In this document: piece after piece, positions 28,148 through 37,898 of the stretch
How the letters are laid out: every line of letters starts with the position of its first letter
Numbering within the stretch: position 1 is the stretch's first letter
Origin: Pontiella sp.
GTDB taxonomy: Bacteria; Verrucomicrobiota; Kiritimatiellia; Kiritimatiellales; Pontiellaceae
Direction: 5' to 3'
DNA: 64,000 nt
NCBI GenBank assembly: GCA_050290185.1
Contig: JBNKHE010000005.1
Coordinates: 223,321 to 287,320 of the forward strand
Notes under the pieces: generated by a model
Database searches by the model: none
What the model was told of the DNA's origin: nothing
The model's input: the letters and a program-made list of their open reading frames with translations, nothing else
Program-made: the position numbers and the translations under genes

Positions 28148-29581
28148 CTATTCACGCGTCACATTTTTCTTAACAGTGCGCCAGTCAAGACCGGTTCGCC
28201 GTGCCACTTCGCCATAATTGCCGTACAGATCGTAAAGATCGCGGCAATATTTTTCAACCAGCTCCTTGGCGGTCAGACAGCCGACCCCGATGGCCTCGCT
28301 CAAGGCAATCTCTTCACTCGGCGCTACGCCCGTGTCACCGGTATAGGTGCCGGTCAGCACGATACGCCGAATGGCCTGTTCCAACTCTCGGACATTTCCT
28401 GGCCATGCATAGTTCTTTCCCAGCGACTGCTTCAGAATCTCGACCACCGGCAGGCGTAGCTCCGGACCACAAATGCGCTGATGCAGATGTCCTACCAGCA
28501 TCTCCAGCTCGCGCGGTGTTTCGCGGATGCGCTGACGAAGGGGCGGAACGGTGATTTGGTCCGAGCAGAGGCGGTAGTAAAAATCGTCGCGGAATTTACC
28601 TTCCCGCCGCAATGTGTCAACCGACTGGTTGGTGGCGGCAATCACGCGTCCGGCAAACCGCACCTTATCGTGGCTTCCCACCGGCGAAAAGGTGCGCTCC
28701 TGCAGCACCTGCAGCAGCTTGATCTGCACAGGAATGCTGACATCGCCGATTTCATCTAGGAATATGGCACCGTAGGGACTGCAACGCGAAAAGATGCCGT
28801 CATGCTTTTCAATCGCTCCGGTAAATGCTCCCTTGCGGTGACCGAACAGTTCGGACTCGATCAGCGATTCGGGATACTGCGACAGGTTGATGCTCACGAA
28901 CGCGCGGGTAAAGCTTTCCTCGAACTTCTGGGTATTCGGATTGAACGGAATAAAACCGGAGCGACCGATCGCGTTGGCCGCCGCCCCCTTACCAGTTCCC
29001 GTTTCCCCGAGCAGCAGCGTTGAAAAATCCTCCATCCGGTTCCACAGGCAGCGCTCATACCAGGAAATATCATGGGTAAATATATTGTCCCATAGCTGCG
29101 CCCGCATCCGTTTCATGCACGGGCTGTCGCCCACCAGTTCCTTGGAGATAAAAAAGTAAGCGCGCCGGATCTGGTAAAACATGGCCACATAGCGACACGC
29201 CTCACTGCGGCTGAACCCAAACCCCACCAGGCGCTCGAGGCATTGATAGGCAAAAGGTGCCCGGCAAGAGGCATCACCGGAGGCAATCTGCTCTTCGATC
29301 AGTTGGTCAAACTGATCCATGTACTGATGAAAGACATGGAACAGGATGCTGATCCCGACCGCCCGAACCTCTTCACTGCCATCTCGATCAATCACCACGG
29401 TATTGTTCTGTACCAATTCCCGGATATGGTGATCGAGAGTTTGCAGTAACGGGGAGAGCATCGCATGCCACTCGGCATCCTCCTCGGCACCAACAATCCG
29501 TCGATCCACCTCGACCCGCTGGTCGGAGAACGGATTGCTGAACGCCGCCTCCGCAATCATAATGAAAAAATTAGTGTCCAT
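28148..29581 (-). CDS. Sigma-54-dependent transcriptional activator
   Basis: GETGTGKG, ESELFGHRKGAFTGA, FLDEIG, WPGNVREL and C-terminal HTH. Confidence 0.93.
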   Translation of the reverse strand: MDTNFFIMIAEAAFSNPFSDQRVEVDRRIVGAEEDAEWHAMLSPLLQTLDHHIRELVQNNTVVIDRDGSEEVRAVGISILFHVFHQYMDQFDQLIEEQIASGDASCRAPFAYQCLERLVGFGFSRSEACRYVAMFYQIRRAYFFISKELVGDSPCMKRMRAQLWDNIFTHDISWYERCLWNRMEDFSTLLLGETGTGKGAAANAIGRSGFIPFNPNTQKFEESFTRAFVSINLSQYPESLIESELFGHRKGAFTGAIEKHDGIFSRCSPYGAIFLDEIGDVSIPVQIKLLQVLQERTFSPVGSHDKVRFAGRVIAATNQSVDTLRREGKFRDDFYYRLCSDQITVPPLRQRIRETPRELEMLVGHLHQRICGPELRLPVVEILKQSLGKNYAWPGNVRELEQAIRRIVLTGTYTGDTGVAPSEEIALSEAIGVGCLTAKELVEKYCRDLYDLYGNYGEVARRTGLDWRTVKKNVTRE

Positions 29582-29696
29582 TCACAATTTGCATACACCA
29601 AATTCATTATTTGTCCATTTAAAAAATACGCCCACCCAACTCTAAATGATCATATCATGTTTATGTTCTTAGCTTTACATCTACGACCGTCTTAGC

Positions 29697-29712
29697 TGGC
29701 ACACCCTGTGCA
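29697..29712 (+). promoter_or_regulatory. Sigma-54 (-24/-12) promoter
   Basis: TGGCACACCCTGTGCA with correct GG-N10-GC spacing; divergent from a sigma-54 activator. Confidence 0.8.
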
Positions 29713-29753
29713 TTTAAGTAATTCGTAACAACGAAACTTTAAGGAGCGGAACC

Positions 29754-32700
29754 ATGAAACATACCTTTAAATGGCTGAATGTGACCCAGTTCACTGGTGC
29801 CTTTAACGACAACGCCTTCAAAATGACCACCATTATCGGACTGGTCGCGCTGTTGGGAGAGGGTCACAAGGAAAGCATCATTGCTATCTGTTCAGTACTG
29901 TTTGTTTTGCCGTTTCTCCTGTTCTCCAATGTGGCCGGAACGCTGGCCGACCGTTTCAGCAAACGCGACATCATCATCGCCAGCAAATGGATGGAGGTTG
30001 CACTGATGCTGATCTCGATTCCCTGCCTGCTAGCCGGCACCGCACTTCCCCTTTATGCCTTGCTCTTCCTGCTCTGCGCACAGAGCGCCCTGTTCGGTCC
30101 CTCTAAGCGTGGCATCGTGCCGGAGCTGGTGGACGAGTCGGAACTGTCGCGTGCCAACGGATTCCTGACGGCCGCGACTTATTCCGCCATTATTCTGGGA
30201 ACAGCCCTGCCGGCGCTAATGATTGGTTATCTCGGACTCAGCGCGCTGTGGGTGATCGGGTTTTGCGCGTTGCTCGCCACGGTTGGCACCCTCGCCTCCT
30301 ATCGCATTGCCAAGGTTCCCGCATCTGGCTCTGCAAAGAAATCCTCGCCGTGGATCATTCCCGATGTCGCCCGTGCCGTTCGCAACCTGAACTCCGATCG
30401 CTGGGCCCGTCTGGCGGTGCTCGGACTCGTGATGTTTGGCGCTCTATCAGCCCTCTTCCAGCAGACGCTGATCATCTTTGGCCAGGAAGCACTGAACCTT
30501 CCGGTAGACAAGAGCCCTATTCTTTTTCCGCTGGCCGCTGTTGGCATCGGTATTGGTGCCCTGCTGACGGGCCGCTTTTCGCGTCACACCATCGAAGTCG
30601 GCCTGATCCCCGTCGGCGCACTTGGCATCACGCTTTCCGCTGTCGCCCTCGCCGTGGTGACTCATCCGGTTGTGATTGCCATCTGGATCGTGATGCTCGG
30701 CATCAGCTGCGGCATCTATCTTGTTCCGCTCAATGCCTTCCTGCAGCATCGTATTCCAGCCACGCGCCGTGGCGAAGTCTTCGGCGCATCAGGCTTCCTG
30801 AGCTTTAGTGCCATGATTGCCTCCTCCGGTCTGTTTGCCCTGATCACCAAGGTGCTTCATTTCGATGCGCGCCATTGCGTGATAATCATTGCCCTGCTCG
30901 CCGCCATCCCGGCCGCCATCGCCTGCCACAAGTTGTCCAGCTCGCTGGTTCGATTCGGCCTCAGCCGCCTGGTCAATCGACTCTACCGGATTCGTTTCAG
31001 CGGCATGGAAAACCTGCCCCGCGAAGGTGGCGCCATGATTATCTGCAACCACACCGCTTATGCAGACGCCCTGCTGCTTCAGGCCGCCACGTCGCGCCCG
31101 GTCCGATTCCTCATGTCGCGTGATGTCTTCAAGACCTGGAAATGGGCCAAACCGATATTCAGCCTAACCGACTGCATTCCGATCCATACTTCCGACGGAC
31201 CACGTGCACTCGCCCGGTCGCTCCAGGAAGCCCGCAAGGCCATGGAAGACGGCGCGATCATCGCCATCTTTCCTGAAGGAAAGCTGACCCGCAACGGCAA
31301 CCTGATGCAGTTCAACAAAGGATTTGAAAAGATTGCCCGCAACAGCAACTGCCCGATCATCCCGGCCTACATCGGCAACATCTGGGGCAGCATCTTCAGT
31401 TTCTATCGCGGCAAACCCGGTCTCAAGCGCCCCCTGAAGTTCCGCTATCCGGTCTCCGTCCGGTTTGGCCAGCCGCTGCCCTGCGATACGCCGGCCGACA
31501 CAGCCCGCCACGTGATTGCCGAACTGGGCGCCGAATATTCCACCGAAAAAAGCCTGCTTCCGAAACGGACCCTTTCCCATCGCTTCATTCACCAGGCCCG
31601 CCGCAATTGGTTTCGCTCAATCGCTTCCGACACGCTCGGTAACAAGGCGACTTACGGCAAACTGCTCATCGGCAGTGTGGCCCTCGCAAACCGCATTAAG
31701 CCCAAGACGGCCAACCAGAAAAATATCGGCATCTTCATGCCCACGTCGCTGGGCGGCGTGATCTCCAACCTGGCCGTAACCCTATCGGGCAAGACGTCCG
31801 TTAACCTGAACTGGACCGCTTCGGCCGAAGCGATGCAGTCAGCAATTCACCAGTCACGCATCAAATACGTCATGACATCGCGCCGTTTTGTGCAGAAGGC
31901 GAAGCAGCCTGACCTGCCCGTGCGCTGGCTCTACATAGAAGACGAACTGAAGAATCTCGGCCGCATCGAACGCTTCCGCGCCGTTCGCGCAGCGCTTTTT
32001 GCGTCACCAAAACATCTGGCCGGCGGCCGCGATGTGCAGCCGGGCGACACCGCAACGATTATCTTCTCTTCCGGTACCACTGGCGATCCCAAAGGCGTCA
32101 TGCTGAGCCATGCCAATATTCTGGCCAACGTTGAATCCACCCAGACAGTCCAGCCTTTCAACCACGACGATTCCATATGCGCCATCCTGCCGCTCTTCCA
32201 CGCCTTCGGATATCTAGGTCTGCTATGGTGGCCGCTGTTGAAGAACATTCGCGTCGCCTACCATCCCAATCCGTTACAGACCGACCGCGTCATCCGCCTG
32301 ATCCGCGAAGAAAAGCTCACGGCATTGCTCGCCACACCGACATTCCTGCAGGGTTACATGCGTAAGGCGAAGAAGGAGGACTTTTCCAGCCTCAAGCATA
32401 TCATCACCGGCGGCGAAAGACTGCGGCCCGAGTTGGCCGACCGCTTTAATGACAAGTTCGATGTCCGTCCGATGGAAGGCTATGGCTGCACCGAGCTGGC
32501 TCCTGTAGCGTTGCTCAGCGTTCGGAACAGCTATCGCTCCGGCAGCGCCGGTCAACCCCTGCCCGGTGTCGCCGTACGCATCGTCAACCCTCAGACCAAC
32601 GAAAGCCTGCCCGACGGCGAAGAGGGTCTCATGCTGATCAAGGGACCAAACGTCATGCAAGGCTACCTGGCCCAGCCGGAAAAGTCCGCCGCCGTACTGT

Positions 32701-33092
32701 CGGACGGTTGGTACAATACCGGCGACATCGCCCGCATGGATACCCAGGGCTACGTTTACATCACCGGTCGCATCTCGCGCTTCAGCAAGATCGGCGGCGA
32801 AATGGTGCCGCACGGAGCCGTCGAGGATGCCCTGCAGCAGGCAACGGGATCCGACATCCCCTGTATCGCCGTCGTAAGCATCGCCGACGAAGCCAAGGGG
32901 GAACAACTTGCCGTCTGCTACACGGAAAAAGCCGGCGATCCGGCTGCACTGATTGCCAAGCTGCGCACCGTCGGCCTGCCGAATCTCTGGATTCCGCGTG
33001 TCACCAATTTTTTCCATCTCCCCGAGTTGCCCGTGCTCGGCACCGGCAAGCTCGATCTCCGCTCCATTCAGAACATGGTCAAAATCGCATGA
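29754..33092 (+). CDS. MFS lysophospholipid transporter / acyltransferase / acyl-ACP synthetase fusion (LplT-Aas-like)
   Basis: N-terminal MFS helices, NHTAYAD and FPEG (PlsC), FSSGTTGDPKG and GYGCTE (AMP-binding). Confidence 0.92.
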   Translation: MKHTFKWLNVTQFTGAFNDNAFKMTTIIGLVALLGEGHKESIIAICSVLFVLPFLLFSNVAGTLADRFSKRDIIIASKWMEVALMLISIPCLLAGTALPLYALLFLLCAQSALFGPSKRGIVPELVDESELSRANGFLTAATYSAIILGTALPALMIGYLGLSALWVIGFCALLATVGTLASYRIAKVPASGSAKKSSPWIIPDVARAVRNLNSDRWARLAVLGLVMFGALSALFQQTLIIFGQEALNLPVDKSPILFPLAAVGIGIGALLTGRFSRHTIEVGLIPVGALGITLSAVALAVVTHPVVIAIWIVMLGISCGIYLVPLNAFLQHRIPATRRGEVFGASGFLSFSAMIASSGLFALITKVLHFDARHCVIIIALLAAIPAAIACHKLSSSLVRFGLSRLVNRLYRIRFSGMENLPREGGAMIICNHTAYADALLLQAATSRPVRFLMSRDVFKTWKWAKPIFSLTDCIPIHTSDGPRALARSLQEARKAMEDGAIIAIFPEGKLTRNGNLMQFNKGFEKIARNSNCPIIPAYIGNIWGSIFSFYRGKPGLKRPLKFRYPVSVRFGQPLPCDTPADTARHVIAELGAEYSTEKSLLPKRTLSHRFIHQARRNWFRSIASDTLGNKATYGKLLIGSVALANRIKPKTANQKNIGIFMPTSLGGVISNLAVTLSGKTSVNLNWTASAEAMQSAIHQSRIKYVMTSRRFVQKAKQPDLPVRWLYIEDELKNLGRIERFRAVRAALFASPKHLAGGRDVQPGDTATIIFSSGTTGDPKGVMLSHANILANVESTQTVQPFNHDDSICAILPLFHAFGYLGLLWWPLLKNIRVAYHPNPLQTDRVIRLIREEKLTALLATPTFLQGYMRKAKKEDFSSLKHIITGGERLRPELADRFNDKFDVRPMEGYGCTELAPVALLSVRNSYRSGSAGQPLPGVAVRIVNPQTNESLPDGEEGLMLIKGPNVMQGYLAQPEKSAAVLSDGWYNTGDIARMDTQGYVYITGRISRFSKIGGEMVPHGAVEDALQQATGSDIPCIAVVSIADEAKGEQLAVCYTEKAGDPAALIAKLRTVGLPNLWIPRVTNFFHLPELPVLGTGKLDLRSIQNMVKIA

Positions 33093-33829
33093 AAGCGTTC
33101 CTGACAATCTGCCTGATCGGACTGATCGCCTATGCGGCTTGCCCGGCATCACGAACCACGGATCACTCGTCACGAGCCGAAACCGTTGTACTGCTCCACG
33201 GCATGGCCCGTTCCAGCAAGGCGATGAACAAGATGGCTACAGCATTGCAAAAGGATGGATATCACGTGATCAACATCGACTATCCGTCCACGAGCGCAAC
33301 GATCGAGGAATTGACCGAGCAGGTCTTCACGAAGCTGAAACCGCAAATCAAGGATGCGGAAACGGTTCACTTTGTAACGCACTCAATGGGCGGCATGCTC
33401 CTGCGGCAGCACCTGCAGGATCATGAACTGTCCAACCTTGGCCGCGTTGTCATGCTTGCCCCGCCGAGTCGCGGCAGTGAAGTGACCGACAAACTCGGAA
33501 AAATCTTTCTTTACCAATGGATTAACGGTCCGGCCGGGAATCAGCTGGGCACCGGAGTGAATAGCCTCCCGCTCCGGCTTGATAAGCCGGTGTTTGAGTT
33601 GGGAATCATTGCGGGTGACCGCTCGATCAACCCGATTCTCTCCATGCTGATTCCCGGCCCGGACGATGGGAAGGTGGCCATCGCTCGCGTCAAACCGGAT
33701 ACCTACACGGACTATCTTCAATTGCATGTCACACACGCCTGCATGATGTGGAACCGTGAGGTGATCGCACAAACCCGGCACTTCCTGAAACAGGGAACCT
33801 TTGAACCCCCGGAGGTTAATCATGATTAA
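33089..33829 (+). CDS. Exported alpha/beta hydrolase (lipase-like)
   Basis: Signal peptide, VLLHG, THSMGG, DDGKV and catalytic His; ATGA-coupled. Confidence 0.88.
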   Translation: MKAFLTICLIGLIAYAACPASRTTDHSSRAETVVLLHGMARSSKAMNKMATALQKDGYHVINIDYPSTSATIEELTEQVFTKLKPQIKDAETVHFVTHSMGGMLLRQHLQDHELSNLGRVVMLAPPSRGSEVTDKLGKIFLYQWINGPAGNQLGTGVNSLPLRLDKPVFELGIIAGDRSINPILSMLIPGPDDGKVAIARVKPDTYTDYLQLHVTHACMMWNREVIAQTRHFLKQGTFEPPEVNHD

Positions 33830-34190
33830 CATTGTTGCAGCCTGGATCGGATTCCTGCTCGGCGGCATTTCCGGCGCCATTCCTGGTTTATTCTTTTATC
33901 GGCATGACTGGCTAGGCGGTTACACCTCATGGCCGCGCCGTATGATCCGGCTGGGACACATCGCATTTTTCGGCATCGGCTTCTTAAATCTTGGATTGGG
34001 GCTTACCACCATCATGTTGAACGTGGAATCGCACTATGCATCCATGCTCATGATCATCGGTGCGGCGACGATGCCCCTGCTCTGTTATTTAAGCGCCTTC
34101 AAACCCATTTTCCGCCACCTGTTTTTCATGCCAGCAGGATCCGTAATGCTATCGGTGGCACTCTTACTCGAAAGGATGGTACAACTATGA
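33822..34190 (+). CDS. Small multi-pass membrane protein
   Basis: About four hydrophobic segments; GGAGG RBS; coupled on both sides. Confidence 0.8.
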   Translation: MINIVAAWIGFLLGGISGAIPGLFFYRHDWLGGYTSWPRRMIRLGHIAFFGIGFLNLGLGLTTIMLNVESHYASMLMIIGAATMPLLCYLSAFKPIFRHLFFMPAGSVMLSVALLLERMVQL

Positions 34191-35524
34191 AGATTGGATT
34201 CATCGCAATGAGTGGTATCCGCGCATGCGATACCGAACTGCTCGAACTCGGACTCACGCTACCTGGTTTCGTGGAACGCAGCAAACAGATTGCCTCCCTG
34301 CCCAGTCTAGGTTTATTGACTTTGGCCGGCATGACGCCGGAGAAACATATACGCCACTACATTGAAATTCCTGACCTCGCTGCTGAAACCGACAGCTTTG
34401 AAGAATTTGATCTGGTGGCCATTTCGAGCTACAGCGCTCAGATCGACGAGGCCTATGCGCTGGCGATGCGTTTTCGGGCGGCCGGTACGCCGGTGGTCAT
34501 GGGAGGCCCGCATGTCACGGCCTTGCCGCACGAAGCGCAGAAGTATGCGACCTCCGTGGTTCTCGGGGAGGGCGAGCCGGTCTGGCATGAAATACTGGAA
34601 GATGCGGAAGCTCATCAACTGAAACTCATCTACGACGCCCGCAACATGGACTACGACCTGGCCGACGCCCCTGTGCCGGCGTTCGAGTTGCTGGACATTT
34701 CAAAATACAACCGGCTGACCGTACAGACCAGTCGAGGTTGTCCTCATCAGTGCGAATTCTGCGCGGGTTCCAACCTCATCTGCTCGCACTACAAACAGAA
34801 GCCGGTTGAAAAGGTACTGGCCGAGGTGGATCGGATCTGTGAAATCTGGCCGCACCCGTTCATTGAATTTGCGGACGACAATAGCTTCGTCAACAAGACC
34901 TACTGGAAGGAGCTACTGCCGGAACTGAAAAAACGCCGCTTCAAATGGTTTACCGAAACCGACATTTCCGTCTCCGAAGATCCTGAGCTGTTGCACATGA
35001 TGCGGGAATCGGGGTGTGCCCAGGTACTGATCGGATTGGAAAGCCCCACGGAAGCACCGCTAAACGATTTGGAACAGCAGACAAACTGGAAGCAGAAAAG
35101 ATTTAGCGAATACAAGAATGCGATCCGTACCATCCAGTCCTACGGCATTACCGTCAATGGCTGTTTCATCGTTGGATTGGACGGACAAACCTCGGCAGTA
35201 TTTGATCAGATCTACGATTTTGTCCGCGAGGCCGAATTGTACGAAGTGCAGATCACAATCCTGACCGCCTTCCCTGGAACCTCGCTTTACGAGCGACTGA
35301 GAAAAGACAACCGCTTGATCGAGCCGACCAATTGGAAAAAATGCACCCTGTTCGATCTCAACTTTCGCCCCCAGGGAATGGCCGGCAATGAGCTTCGCGA
35401 AGGCTTTCATGGGCTCGCCATGAAGCTGTATTCCGACGAATTCACCAAGAGGCGGCGAGATACGTTTAAGCGTAATCTACGTGAGAGCTCCAAGGGCTGG
35501 AACAAAAAACGAATATGTGCATAA
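34187..35524 (+). CDS. B12-binding radical SAM protein
   Basis: PSLGLLTLA, GGPHVT, GEGE and TSRGCPHQCEFC. Confidence 0.92.
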   Translation: MKIGFIAMSGIRACDTELLELGLTLPGFVERSKQIASLPSLGLLTLAGMTPEKHIRHYIEIPDLAAETDSFEEFDLVAISSYSAQIDEAYALAMRFRAAGTPVVMGGPHVTALPHEAQKYATSVVLGEGEPVWHEILEDAEAHQLKLIYDARNMDYDLADAPVPAFELLDISKYNRLTVQTSRGCPHQCEFCAGSNLICSHYKQKPVEKVLAEVDRICEIWPHPFIEFADDNSFVNKTYWKELLPELKKRRFKWFTETDISVSEDPELLHMMRESGCAQVLIGLESPTEAPLNDLEQQTNWKQKRFSEYKNAIRTIQSYGITVNGCFIVGLDGQTSAVFDQIYDFVREAELYEVQITILTAFPGTSLYERLRKDNRLIEPTNWKKCTLFDLNFRPQGMAGNELREGFHGLAMKLYSDEFTKRRRDTFKRNLRESSKGWNKKRICA

Positions 35525-35552
35525 TGGCATCGAAGAAACCAAGGGGTCATCG

Positions 35553-36422
35553 GTGAAACATATTGAAACCAACGGCGAACTGCCGCTTACCACGTTCCGG
35601 AAGATTGCTTTGGGAACCTGGGTTCACTCCCGCGACCCCCAGATTTATGCTGAATTGGAGCTGAATGCAGAACCTGCATTGCGATTTCTGGAGCAGCATC
35701 AACAGGGCCGGCCTTTATCGATCACCCATTATATAGCTAAGATTTTCGGTGCCTGCTTTGCGCGCTATCCCGATTTAAACAGCGTGATCCTGCAGGGGAA
35801 ACTGTATCGGCGAAATGAGATATCCGTTTTCATCTCAACGTTGTTGAAGAATCAAAACGGAGCGGATCTGAGCGGATTCCCCATACGAAACACCGAACAA
35901 CTCTCCTTAGATGAAATCGCGCAAACCTGTGAATCTGAAGTGAAACGATTACGACGAGGCGATGATCCCGAATTCCATGCCCTGGATAAAAAATTAAGCC
36001 GAATTCCTGCGCCTTTGCTAACTCCGCTCTTTCGTATCATGGATTTTTTCAAATATAACCTGAACCGGTCTACCCAGATGCCGGGGATGCAAGCCGACCG
36101 CTTTGGCTCAATCATCATTACCAACATTGCCGCGCTCGGACTGCAAAGTGCGTTCCCTCCCCTTACTCCGGTTTCGCGGACTCCGTATCTGGCTGCAATT
36201 GGAAAACCATTCGAAGGGGTTGTGGTCGACAAAGGGAAGGTTTGTGTGCAAAAACGGATAAAGATAAGTTTCACCATCGATCACCGCTATCTCGATGGAT
36301 TTCATGGAGCTAAACTTATTCGGTATTTTACCAAGGTTTTCGAAGCGCCGGAAAAACATGCCGCCATATTCTTTCCACCTCCCAGCGCTGATGAAAGTGA
36401 ACTCCCGGACGGAACCGCATAA
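35553..36422 (+). CDS. Stand-alone 2-oxoacid dehydrogenase E2-like acyltransferase catalytic domain
   Basis: GSIIITNIAALG and TIDHRYLDG; no lipoyl domain; start uncertain. Confidence 0.85.
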   Translation: MKHIETNGELPLTTFRKIALGTWVHSRDPQIYAELELNAEPALRFLEQHQQGRPLSITHYIAKIFGACFARYPDLNSVILQGKLYRRNEISVFISTLLKNQNGADLSGFPIRNTEQLSLDEIAQTCESEVKRLRRGDDPEFHALDKKLSRIPAPLLTPLFRIMDFFKYNLNRSTQMPGMQADRFGSIIITNIAALGLQSAFPPLTPVSRTPYLAAIGKPFEGVVVDKGKVCVQKRIKISFTIDHRYLDGFHGAKLIRYFTKVFEAPEKHAAIFFPPPSADESELPDGTA

Positions 36423-36498
36423 ATGGTGTGCAATATATCGGTATAGGGCTCCCGGATGCCGTTCGTCGCGGCACGATGAAAAAGTGTAAATATTGCCC

Positions 36499-36527
36499 TT
36501 GCCAAGACAGGGGTGTTTATCTATCTT
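36499..36527 (+). promoter_or_regulatory. Sigma-70-like tRNA promoter
   Basis: TTGCCA-N17-TATCTT. Confidence 0.65.
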
Positions 36528-36549
36528 CTGCGTCTCTTTTGAGCAAAAT

Positions 36550-36625
36550 GGCTGTGTAGCTCAGTCGGCAGAGCAGCGGAATCATAATCCGCTTGTCGGT
36601 GGTTCAAGTCCACTCACAGCCACCA
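36550..36625 (+). tRNA. tRNA-Met (CAT), probably elongator
   Basis: Cloverleaf; acceptor GGCTGTG/CACAGCC, anticodon arm GCGGA-ATCATAA-TCCGC, GTTCAA and encoded CCA. Confidence 0.95.
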
Positions 36626-36630
36626 TTTTC

Positions 36631-36658
36631 AGCGACTGCACCTGCAGTCGCTTTTTTT
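36631..36658 (+). terminator. tRNA terminator
   Basis: AGCGACTGCA CC TGCAGTCGCT followed by a T-run. Confidence 0.85.
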
Positions 36659-36713
36659 ATCCCAATACGCAAATGATCTGTGCGTTCGGGGCTGATGGTG
36701 CTTTAATCCAGCC

Positions 36714-37703
36714 ATGAAGGTTTCCGTCGTCATGCCCGTCTACAATGCCGAACGCACCGTGCTCCGTGCACTGGAGAGCCTGCGCGCGCAAACGATTCCC
36801 GAGTTGGAAATCATCGTCGTCAATGACGGCTCGACCGACGGCACGATGGATATACTGCACCGTCAAAAAGATATCGTGATTCTCGACCATTCCCATCGCG
36901 GTATTGCTCCGGCCCTCAATGACGGACTGGCCGCCGCTTCCGGCGACTATATTGCCCGCATGGACGCCGACGACCGTTGCCATCCAAGCCGTATGGAATT
37001 GCAGGCCGCCTATCTGGATGTGTATTCGGATATCGGACTGGTCGGTAGCCGGGTCGCATTCGGAGGCGATCGGAAAAATCAAGCGGGCTACGCAACGTAT
37101 GTCGACTGGATCAATGCTCAACTAGAGCCGGACGACATCGCACTCAACCGTTTCGTGGAATCGCCGTTCGCCCATCCATCCGTCATGTTCCGCCGGGAGC
37201 TCTTTGAAAAATATGGTGCCTACCGCGATGGCCCCTTCCCCGAGGACTACGAGCTGTGGCTCCGTTGGCTGGCCAACGGAGTCAAGATGGCCAAGGTGGA
37301 TGAGGAACTGCTGACTTGGAACGATCCGCCCGAACGGCTCTCCCGCACCGACTCCCGCTACAGCGTCGACGCCTTCTACCAAATCAAGGCCGAATACCTT
37401 TCCATGTGGCTCAAGGAAAACAATCCTCACCACCCCGACGTCATTGTATGGGGAGCCGGACGGGTTACCCGGAAAAGGGCCGCCATTCTGGAACAGTTTG
37501 GAATCCGGATTACGCACTACATTGATCTAAAACCGCGGATGCTCGAATGCGGCACCCCCGTCATTCACCACGACGATATCCCAGATCCGGGTTCCTGCTT
37601 CATTCTTCCCATGGTCGGCAACCGCGGTGCGCGCGAAAAGATGCGCACCTTCATGGAAAAGCGAGGATACGTGAGCGGTACGAATCATATCTTCTGTGCA
37701 TAG
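36714..37703 (+). CDS. Glycosyltransferase family 2
   Basis: VSVVMPVYN, VNDGSTD, RMDADD and EDYELW. Confidence 0.92.
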   Translation: MKVSVVMPVYNAERTVLRALESLRAQTIPELEIIVVNDGSTDGTMDILHRQKDIVILDHSHRGIAPALNDGLAAASGDYIARMDADDRCHPSRMELQAAYLDVYSDIGLVGSRVAFGGDRKNQAGYATYVDWINAQLEPDDIALNRFVESPFAHPSVMFRRELFEKYGAYRDGPFPEDYELWLRWLANGVKMAKVDEELLTWNDPPERLSRTDSRYSVDAFYQIKAEYLSMWLKENNPHHPDVIVWGAGRVTRKRAAILEQFGIRITHYIDLKPRMLECGTPVIHHDDIPDPGSCFILPMVGNRGAREKMRTFMEKRGYVSGTNHIFCA

Positions 37704-37860
37704 ATTCAATTTTGAACATTTAACCATATATTAATTCAATATTGTATTTACAATATTGTTAACAACATATTAGTACATTTATCAACCAGTCTCGCTTCAC
37801 ATTGCCGATCAATATTTTGCACATATTCATAGCCTGTTCAGGTCTCCCCAGCCCACCCCA

Positions 37861-37876
37861 TGGCACATTATTTGCG
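37861..37876 (+). promoter_or_regulatory. Sigma-54 (-24/-12) promoter
   Basis: TGGCAC-ATTAT-TTGC consensus match downstream of an AT-rich tract. Confidence 0.85.
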
Positions 37877-37898
37877 TTAGCGGTGCCAGAGGATGTAG

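Noticed and set aside
36550..36625. Initiator tRNA or an island integration site
   Set aside because: G1-C72 is paired and there is no run of three G-C pairs in the anticodon stem; no integrase or 3' duplication is nearby. Ile2 is less likely given U4-A69 but not excluded.
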